A stretch of DNA of 64,000 bases, taken from contig OW569353.1 in NCBI GenBank assembly GCA_937625935.1, forward strand, positions 248,001-312,000, written 5' to 3'. A program made the position numbers and the translations under genes. Below are positions 53,951 through 64,000 of the stretch, piece by piece. Position 1 is the first letter of the stretch, and each line of letters starts with the position of its first letter. This DNA comes from Tetramitus jugosus (lineage: Eukaryota; Protista; Heterolobosea). Below the pieces are notes generated by a model. The model was given only the letters and a program-made list of their open reading frames with translations, was not told the origin of the DNA and ran no database searches.

Positions 53951-54266
53951 TGTTCAGTAAATTACTCTTTTTCTTTCGAATTGATTTTTGTTGGTGGTGT
54001 GTTCGTCGTTTCGTTTGATTGCGAGTGTTGTTTTTTTGTGAGACGAACGGAGGAGGGGTTCGCTGAATTCGGCCCAGCAGTTCGCTGCTCGACACCAACA
54101 AAAGTTCCCAACTAGTTCTATTTTTTGATAGCATAGCGACTAATTGTCCGTGGTAGGAATTTGCGTTTTGGCCGACAAGAAAAAAATCTCTGATCTCTCT
54201 CAACAATAACAACAAAAAACCCATTCGACACATCAACATTTGATTCATTGAAATATCCAGAAGAAG

Positions 54267-55211
54267 ATGTCATCATCAGAAGCAGATTTTATCCCATATT
54301 CAGAGAGAGAAGAATGGAAAGACGTTACACCAGTCCTTCAAGATGACGGTGTCAATGCCCCATGTCAAATTGCTTACACTGATGAATTCAAAGACGTCAT
54401 GAACTATTTCAGAGCAATTGTGTCAAGAAATGAAATTTCTGAGCGTGCTCTCCAGTTGACAGAGGATGCCATTGATCAAAATCCTGCCAATTACACTGCA
54501 TGGTACTACAGAAGAGTTGTTTTGTTTGGATTGAACAAGGATTTGACTGAAGAAGTGGCATACATGAATGAAATGACAGAGAAGAATGAGAAGAATTATC
54601 AAATGTGGTATCATCGTCAAGCCATTCTCGAAAAGTACAGAAATCCCGAGGGAGAACTTGACATCATCTCCAGAATGATCGGTCAAGACTCAAAGAACTA
54701 TCATGCATGGGCACATCGTCAATGGGTCGTCAAGGAGTTCAATCTCTGGGAGGGCGAGCTAGATTATGTCAATGAATTGTTGAAGCTTGATCTGAGAAAT
54801 AATTCTGCTTGGAATCATCGATTCTATGTGTTGAGACACACGAAGGATATCACGAGTGAACAAGTGAGAAGAGAAGAGATTGAATACGCTTTTTCATATA
54901 TTCATAGAGCACCAAACAATGAAAGTCCATGGAATTATGCCAAGGGATTTGCCAACTTGAAGCCAGAGATTGATTCCATTTATGAACTGTTGGAACAAAA
55001 GAGCAAGGAGTTGTTGCAACGAACAAGCATCAATCCACACGCACACTACATTTTGTTGGAGTGTTATGCAAGATCTAAAGATCCACAGATTCTTTCAGAA
55101 GCAATTGCTGTCTGTGACAGTCTGGTTCAATATGATTCCATCCGTGCGAGATACTGGCAATACAGGAAGAGTCAGCTGGAACAGAAGAAGAACAGACTGT
55201 TGTCTGCCTAA
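54267..55211 (+). CDS. FNTA: Protein farnesyltransferase/geranylgeranyltransferase-I alpha subunit
   Basis: WKDVTPVLQDDG, PPTA repeats (NPANYTAWYYR, KNYQMWYHR, KNYHAWAHRQW, RNNSAWNHR, PNNESPWNY) and DSIRARYW. Confidence 0.95.
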   Translation: MSSSEADFIPYSEREEWKDVTPVLQDDGVNAPCQIAYTDEFKDVMNYFRAIVSRNEISERALQLTEDAIDQNPANYTAWYYRRVVLFGLNKDLTEEVAYMNEMTEKNEKNYQMWYHRQAILEKYRNPEGELDIISRMIGQDSKNYHAWAHRQWVVKEFNLWEGELDYVNELLKLDLRNNSAWNHRFYVLRHTKDITSEQVRREEIEYAFSYIHRAPNNESPWNYAKGFANLKPEIDSIYELLEQKSKELLQRTSINPHAHYILLECYARSKDPQILSEAIAVCDSLVQYDSIRARYWQYRKSQLEQKKNRLLSA

Positions 55212-55654
55212 TCAGTGCACAACCACGTCAAATGATTCGTTACTCGTTAATAAAATCTCCCACACAACAAGATCCGAAGAACAAGCCTGATGAACAGTTG
55301 GTTGGACCTCATGTCGAACAACCCGCGACCAAGATTCCAAACTACCTTTGTGTTTGGGACCTAAGAGTCGCGGCCTCACCAAAAAAAATTGCGCCAAGAC
55401 GAAAATCATCCACCAAAAAAAATATCCTTTTTCTTGCCTTGAGCGAAAACAAGCCAGAATCTTCTTTTTTTCTCCACACAAAAACCGAATCCACATCTCA
55501 TCTCTTGGCGCACCACACAACACCTTTCAAAAACCAAATCCCCATACATTCACCACCAATAATTTATTAAAGTAAACAGTAGCTACTTCATCTCACATTT
55601 ATTCTCCTCTCTCATACTCTTCACAACAATCAACACTATATATAATAATGAATC

Positions 55655-58600
55655 ATGAGTGGAAGAAATAGAGGCAACAGTACAGCAACAAACAAAGACA
55701 ATAATAATAACAAACAAAGAGGTTCTTCCTTCCTATCTGGCATGTTTGGATGGATGGGTGGAAGTTCCTCTCGAGGCCCCACACAAACCGCATCAGGTCT
55801 CAACAACAGTAACCATCATGACGGTGTGGGTGGCATCAATGGTGGAAATGCAAATGATGATCGAGTGAGTGATCTCTATGCACTCAAGCATGATCCATCT
55901 ACTTTTCTAATGAAGCGATCAGCAACAGAAGCGAATATTGATGTGGTGCAGACGACGAATATGATGAAGAAGAGTTGGCACCAGTATGAATCGATGGAGA
56001 ACGAGGTGAGTGTGTTTTTTTATTAAGCAAGGCGCCTTGTTGTTCTATTTGATGGGATTTTTCTCATGGGATGATACAATAGCTAACTTTCTTTTTTTTT
56101 TGCGTAGAAACAAGTGGAAACACTCACAAACTTAGTCAAGTACTTTCCTTTTGTGTGTCACAAGTGTGATGCAACATTTCAGTCCATGTACGTCTTTGTT
56201 TGCTTGCTTGATGATTTGTTTTTTCTGTTGTGTTGAGATGTTGTGCTTATTGACACGTGAAACAACTCTTTTTGTCTGATGATGGGATCTCTAGATTTGG
56301 AGATGGTCAAATGTTCGTAGTAGCTCTGAATGTCAAATTTTTGACCGATACTGAGTTACTTCTGACTCATTCACCACATGCCGATCGATTGATGTGGAGG
56401 CCGTTGGTTGATTTTTTCTTTGATCCCTCTCAAATCGGATGTGAAATTTTGGATACACTGACAGTGATATCAGAGAAATTATCCTTGTTGACACTCATGT
56501 CTCAAACTCAGTTGTCCTCTTGTCTCATTCGATATTTGGATGCGTTTTATCATGTGCCATTCTCGCTGTTGGTCGATAATGCATCACATCCACAACTAGT
56601 GAGTAAGTATCGAGCACAATCATCGATTATGTTACACTTTTTCAGATCTGAATTGTCATTATTCACACTCTGCTTGTTGTTTTTGTATAGCACAAGAGCG
56701 ATTGAGGAGTATTCAGAAAGCGATTGCTTTCCTTGTGAGGCGTGTAGTGAGATTGCCAATGATACCAGCTGATATCATGAACACCGACAGCATGAGTACT
56801 GTGACAAACATTCTCAAATCAAAGGATGGACCACCAGAAAATCAACACATCAAATCAATGTATGTGACGCACTGCAACCAAACATTTTTATTTATATTTA
56901 CTGACTGATCATTGATCTCATTCTTCATTCAATCAATATTGTTTTACTCTTTTAGGATGATGGAAATTTTGGGAGACATCTTACAGAATGCAAATGCGCC
57001 ATTCGTTGAATATCTTCACAAAAAGGCAATTGTTACATCACTGCTAAACTCGCTAAAGCATACCACACAAGACGAGGCACAACATATTGCGCTAATAATT
57101 GAAGCAATTGTGCTCTTTTTGAAGAAGACTACTCTCCGAGACACGAATCAAATTGTGAAGGATTTCTCTAATGCAAATGGATATCAAATTGTGCAGGATG
57201 CCATATTGGAGTGTGAAGAAACATTTGAAGAAGATTTTGATGGACTTCGAAAGTTATTTAAACTCACTGCAGATCTTGTTTTCGTGGGAGAGGGCTATGT
57301 AGAACGCAGTGAAGGAAAACAGATTAAGAGCCAAGGCGCTTTCCAAGCAATTGCAAACACATTTGCAAGAGCAAAGCATGACACGCTTCGAACAGAAGTG
57401 GTCGACAACATCTTATTTATTTTTGCTGAGCATTTGTCTAATTATCGCGCTGTGGAAGAGCTTGGAACAGTTGCATGGTTTATTCATTATATTGATGAAT
57501 ATTCGGAGGAGACTCAAATTGCTGTTCTTAAACTTTTGGAGTTTATTGTTGCTGGATTGAGTTATATACCAAAGGATGAGTTATCGAGCTTGGTAGAACT
57601 TTTGAGAGGGCCAATTTCTCCGAGCTTGGCTTCTCTCGTACTGAGTCAAATATCAAAGTTTATTCAATTTAATGTATTTTTACGAGCAAGTTTGAGAGAA
57701 GCACAGTTATTCGATGTAATCACATATTTGCTTTCAACCGAGTTTGATCAAATAATGCAAAATAGCAATCGCGCCAGTACGACTCAAAAGTCATCACTGA
57801 ATGATTTGTATGATTATGCGATTTCAATTTTGATAGGAATGCTTGACCGAATGCCTGAGAATATTCGATCTTTTAGAGAGGCTGGTGGTCTTGGAGTACT
57901 TCAAAAGATGTTGTTGAACGACAATTATCGTGAGCATGCGCTAAAGGTCTTTCAAACAATTATTCTACAGGACACACATAGCATCGATGTTAATATTTTG
58001 ATTGAGATTTTACAAACAGCTCCCAGATCGAATATTAGTTTGAAGATTGCAATCTTCAAAGCATTGAGGAATATGTTCCAATTGAAGGAGTCTGCTAAAG
58101 ATGCTTTCAGAGAAGCTGGTTTTATGGCTGCCATTTCTATCATCATTAATTCACCATGGCCGACAACAGAAGCTGATTTAGAAGAAACTGAGGGAGGTGT
58201 TGATATGATGCTTCAATTGTTTGAGTCTTTATTTGACACATTAGCTGGTTCTTTAACGAACCATCCACTGAACAAGAGTCTTCTCACCAAGTTGATTGGT
58301 GCTACTGCTATAACAGATGCTCTCAAGGTTAATGGAATTTTGAGAACTCCATACTTCTATCATGCTTTCCAGTGTCTTCTCGACTTTGCGACTGAGCGAT
58401 CACTACATGAAGTTAAGGAAAACAATATGATGGTGTTCGGAAAGCTGACGGTGGCAAAAAATGCATATATTTTGAATCCACATGCCTTCCGATTCATCCT
58501 CATGCTACTTGGAGAGATGAAGGAGACATTTAGATATGATATGATGAGGGTGTTCGAGTACTTGTCTCGTCTCTCACCAGTAAATCTTGAAGCATTGGCT

Positions 58601-61600
58601 TCAATACAAGTAGTAGCATACATATATGAGAACTTTTCGACAGAACTGGCAAATACTACTCATCCGATTCATTCAACCATATTGCGCATTGTAGAGCGAC
58701 TGGGATGTTATAGATTGTCTCAACACGAATGGAGAACAACTTTGGCTCTATTGCAATCCAAGGAACATCAATCAATTATACACAAGTTCTTGGTAATGGC
58801 TGCCAAGGATGGCACTAGCACACCATTTGTCGATATGGAGCCAGATTCTGATTGCTCTATTGTTTCTTTGCATGACAAATCTTGGGGTTCAAATTTGACA
58901 GGATATTCTTATGGCTGTTGGTTCTACTTTGACGCCAATAAGAAGTTAGATTCGAATGATAGATCCGAACACAAACTTTTTGATATATTAAGTTTGTACT
59001 CTGATGATAAGAAGAGTTACTTAAAGATTAGCATTCGAGAGGATGGATTCTTAGAGGTCAAAACAGCCTCAAATGCAAAGAAGGTCGTGTTTGGCAGCTA
59101 TGTCTTCCAAGCCAAGAAGTGGTATAATGTTGTGATTACTCATAAGAAGTATAGATTGCAGGGAAGCTCTATGTCTCTTCATGTCAATGGTGTCTTGATT
59201 GAATCCCAGAAAACACCATTTGTCACTTACAGCTCTGCAGGTGGCACTAAAATGCGAGGAAACGTGGGTAAGAATCCAAAGAATAGCGAAACATCACTTA
59301 GAATGGGATCATGTTTCCTCTATGAAGACATCTTAGGACTCAACACAATCGCATCCATCTATGTGGCAGGTCCCTCCTATTCAGGTTATTATCAAGGAAA
59401 TTATGTTTCCTCCATGCATATGTTATCAGAGCATCTCTACACCAATTTCATCAAACTACTTCAGAATCAAGGAACAACAGACAATATCTCTCCTTCTACA
59501 GATATTGAAGCAGAGAACGCTTTGAAGGTTATGGCTCATCCTCTGAGCGAGGACAAATTTGTGTTTTGTTTCAATCCAGGTTACTATGGATTAAGAGACA
59601 TTGAAAACTCAGCCAGAGACAACTCTACTAGCAGTGGCGTTTTCTTAGAAACATTACATTCAGATAGCGGCATTCCACGTGTTTTTGTTCGAAATGCTTT
59701 CTGCTGCTGTCCTACTGCTCTCTCTGATGAAATTTTGAACTGTGATGGTTTGGGTGTGGTCTTAGCACTGATTGAGCGTTCAGAATCGTCAGAGGCACTA
59801 CAGGAAGCTTTATCCCTTTTGGCGAATCTAATGTTGGATAGTCCCAAGATATTGAATGAAATGGACAGATTATCTGCATATGATATGGTCGGCTCTTTCC
59901 TGAGACGTAAAGGTTACTTTGTGAACGAAGCAATCCACGATCTATTGTGGAATATGGTGTTGATGGGAAGTAGAAATGGAAAGGAGCTTGTTACAAATTT
60001 GAAAGCTTGTCTCTGTTTTCTTTTCGATTTTGAAATCTGGAAGAAAGCACCTCCGCACGTACAACAAAGGTTATTCCACAAGATGGCCACGCTAATTTCT
60101 CAGGGTGTTTACAAACGATGGAATGCATTGAGGTTTGACAAAGTTGGTATTGTTCATCATCTGCTCCACATGTTAACACACTGTCCACCAATTGAGATTA
60201 TGGACTCCATTGTTGATGTTATAGCAGCACAATTGTCAGAGAAGATGACAATCGAGCATGTGACGTATTTGAAGGAGTTTTTGCTTCTGACTCTTGATAG
60301 TGAGCATACTTTAGGAGGATCAACGTCCATAAAACCGCAAGTTTCTGAACGTAGACGAAGCTTGAGTAGTTTGACCACTTTGACATTGAGAAGGTCCTCA
60401 AGAAGAACACCACTGACTTCTTTCTTGCGAATTTCGAGCAGAAATCTTCTGTTGAAAATGTTGCTAGATTCAGTTAAAAGTAAGAGCACAAACCTTGACA
60501 AGCTATATCGAGTGGTGGACTTTAAATGGTTCTATCAATTTGTGAATGAGAAGGCACATCCAGTTTCAGCAGCAATTGCCATTCAGCTGTGGTGTTGTGT
60601 CGCTCTTTATAATCCAACAAACATGAACAATGACAAAATGTTTGCTATCATGAAACAAGGATTGGTGCCGTATTGTAACCAATTTGACATGTATCAGGCA
60701 TTGTTCTGCTTAACTCTGAGCAGATATGCTCGTTTTAATGATAAGTCGGACAACTTTGAGGTGTTGCTTAAAAACAACAAGGAGCCAAAGATTGCCTTCC
60801 CTCAAGTAATTCCATCAATATTGAGCATGTTGAAACACAACTTTAATAGAAGCAGTGTGCCGCACTATGACAATTTGTCAGTCCATTCCTACTTTTCTGA
60901 AGTTGGTCCCATGGATGCTGGAAAGGACAAGTGGAAGTATTTTAAGCTTGGAATGTCTAGTCACCCTGATGACTTGGTATCTTCTCTAGGAAGAGAATCA
61001 ATATATGAAAACTTCGCTTCTGATTCAGCCGAACCAGAATCATTCTATAATGAACACAGTGTTCACCAACAAGAACTCAGGCAACAATTAACCAGGGGAG
61101 TAATTCATTTTCTTCACACCCTCCACAGGACTTCTCCATCATTCCGAATTGAGTTGAGAAAATCAGAGATACTGGATGACTTAGTTGCAGTCCTATTCGC
61201 TAATGCAACACATACAGATATTACCAGTGGAGTTGAAAAAGTTTTGAATTTCGATGAAGCACCTCAGCAATCAATATTTGCTCAGAATGACCCCATCAAT
61301 ACTCAGTTGTTTTCACTGATAACCGATATCATTGTGTCTGAGTTTAACTCATCAGGTAAGGGAACAAATGCCCTGCATGATGTATTGAGTGCTTGCCCGA
61401 TTACTGCCTCTCAGATTGATTGTGCTGCATTCAGAGCAACCGTCATTGAGAATATAATGAAATACTATTCTGATGAAGAGAATTTCCGTATGACGGCAGA
61501 AAATAGTAAGTTAGCGACAAGTGTTGCGAATTTCACCATGTACGTGGCTGATATGTACAAGTATGGCGTTATCCCTGAGGCGAAGTATATCGTTTATATG

Positions 61601-64000
61601 GGCTTTATCATTGATATTGTTGTACAATTGAACGCACTAGAAGCCAATGCCCAAAAGAGCAAGAGCAAATTGGAAAGAAACTTTATGCAATTCACTAGTA
61701 TGATTCAGAGTGCAACTAGTGGTACGACTGGTATTAATATTGATCCGTTAGCACTTACCCTGAAGGATATTACTGTTGGTTTCAGAGCCTTAAATAAGAT
61801 GATTGTTCATCTACTGACAATGTACGAAGATATTGACGCCACTTTAGATGTATTGGATCATATGATAAGGAATAACTGGTTGGTCACAGCATTTGATTCC
61901 AACAACAGAGAAAGGGACTTTTTCATTTGTCTTTGCTACATATTGCACAATGCACTAGTACATCAAGACGAAAGAATTCGCAACAGAGGAATTGGTTGTT
62001 GGAAAATTCTAATTTCTGCTCAGAAATCAATTGCTGACAACATGCTGATATCTCTTCTAACTTATAAGAATGAGAGTAATGAATCTGTGTGCTTGATCGA
62101 TGGGTTCAATTTGCTACTTGAAAGGGATATATCCATATTTATGAATTGGCACAGCACCAATCCTGTTGTTGTACCATTTTTTGAAAGCAGAATAGGTACC
62201 GAAGCACGCACATTGATGGAGGCAGATAAGAAGTCCGTCAAAACAGCAATGGCCTCATTGTTCCAAAAAGCACGCTCACGCTCTAATAGTTCAATCACCA
62301 AGAAAGAAAAGAAGGCTCTCGAAACATACACTGTTCTTTCAAGAGAATGCAAACATGTTTTCAATACAATCAAAGAGCAGGGAGATTCAGCTGCGAAAAC
62401 AAAGGTTGAGCAGGATGTCATTCGATATAAGTTTGCATTTGACCAATGGGATGCATTCAAACGTCAACTCTACATGGAAAGAGCTGTTTGGTATGATGGA
62501 GATACAGTTAAAATGATTATCTGGGCACTTGATTCGACTGAGGGTCCACAAAGAATCCGTAAAAAGTTTGAGATGATGCAAGTAACCGGTGCGCTCGCAT
62601 GGACGAAGAAGAGTCAAAATATTGAATCAACCCCAAGCATAACGGTGGAGAAGAGTGAACAGAATCCACAGTTCTTGATTGATCAATACAAGAAGTTTGA
62701 GGAGCTTCAACTCTCACCAAAGGGTCTGCTCTCACCAATACCTCAAAAGAATTCTAGTCCTCACACTGAGACAGATAACACAATTGACAGTCATACCTCG
62801 GATCAAGATGAAAACTCAGAATCAAATGATCATTCAGACAATACCGATGCTTTGAATGAATCTCATGATCTCAATTCAGAGACCGACAATTCAGAAACCA
62901 CCTTTGAAGAAGATATGCAAGAGGATCTAGATATGCTCGATGAAGAAATGGGCGAATACTTCAAGATTCGAAGACTTCTGGAACCTGGAGAGAATATGGC
63001 CAACTCGGAGATTTATAACTCCTTAAAGGTCACAGGACTCGATGGACAGAAGGGCATCATTGTCTTATGTCAACACAATATGTACATCATTGATAATTTC
63101 ATGCTCACAAAGGATGAGAAGATCATTGAAGTCGATGGCAGTCATGTTACTTCAGCAACGTTTGACGATATCCCTCAAAGTCCATCTTCCGACACGAGTA
63201 CTAGTGGTGCACCAGTCATACCTATCAGTCATCATGTTATTAGAATCTCATACTCTGAAATCACACAAGTATTGAGGAGAAGATATCTTTTGCGTGTCAC
63301 CGCCTTAGAATTCTTTTGTGAGGATGGTAGAAACTATTTTGTTGTGTTTGAAAAGAGTGAAATGGAACCCATTCTCGACAAAGTTGTTGGACACTCTGGT
63401 GCCAAGAATATTAACAAAGGACCATCTCAAAAGCACATGACCTTATTGTGGCAAAAAGGAGAGATTAGTAACTTCGATTACTTGATGTACTTAAACACAT
63501 TGGCTGGTCGATCATACAATGATTTGACTCAATATCCAGTTTTCCCTTGGATTTTGAAAGATTATATGTCAGAAGAACTAGATTTGAATGATCCTAATGT
63601 CTTTAGAGACCTTTCCCGCCCTATGGGTGCTCAAACTGAAGAAAGAGCAAATCAGTTCAGACAGAGATTTAATGATTGGCCAGTTGAAACTGGTATCCCA
63701 AAGTTTCACTATGGCTCGCATTATTCATCCGCAGGTATCGTTCTGCACTATTTAATGAGAATTGAACCATTTACGACCCAGGCTATTGAGTTACAGGGTG
63801 GAAAATTTGATCATGCTGACAGAATGTTCCACTCGGTGCATGACACATGGCTATCTGCCTCAACAGACTACTCAATGGCAGATGTGAAGGAATTGATTCC
63901 AGAGTTCTTCTTCTTGCCCGAATTTTTAACCAACACCAATGATGTTGATTTTGGCAGACGACAAAATCACACCCGCGTGAACAATGTCGTACTACCTCCT
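55655..64000 (+). CDS. Giant BEACH-domain protein (LvsA/WDFY3-like), incomplete at the window end
   Basis: Predicted exons 55655-56005, 56108-56187, 56295-56602, 56691-56859 and 56956->64000. Has a ConA-like region, PH domain (RRYLLR..ALEFF) and BEACH motifs WQKGEISNFDYLMYLNTLAGRSYNDLTQYPVFPW, HYGSHYSS and DVKELIPEFF. Missing from the ORF track because there is no stop in the window. Confidence 0.93.

Noticed and set aside
56956-64000. Apparent 7-kb gene desert in the ORF track
   Set aside because: It is one long exon of the BEACH gene whose stop lies beyond the window.

Overview
This is gene-dense eukaryotic (protist-like) DNA using the standard genetic code, with short GT-AG introns and about 30 protein genes. 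Recognisable genes include ASF1, LRMDA-like, NCS-1, PIG-M, a SMARCAL1-like helicase, a divergent CDK, filamin, NUDT17-like, ENKD1-like, eEF2, DNAJB12-like, GABA aminotransferase, a 4x SOD membrane protein, DCN1-like, FNTA and a BEACH protein that runs off the end. Cilium-associated families suggest a flagellate host; a Discoba/Heterolobosea-like assignment is only an inference. The standout feature is a tRNA-Ser(CGA) gene (8917-8999, minus) with a stack of non-LTR retrotransposon insertions at one site 31-43 bp upstream. The stack comprises an intact two-ORF APE/RT element nearest the tRNA, then a diverged, 5'-truncated, frameshifted relative, then a 26-bp remnant, each bounded by the same target duplication ACATGCGCTTTGC. 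This looks like a tRNA-upstream-targeting LINE family, analogous to Dictyostelium TRE5, in what appears to be a different host lineage. Other notable items are a filamin with a calmodulin-like module inside its actin-binding domain, a ZZ-ZZ-GNAT fusion, a 4-domain SOD with graded loss of metal ligands, and three phased GTGCAA-N8-TTGCAC palindromes upstream of eEF2.
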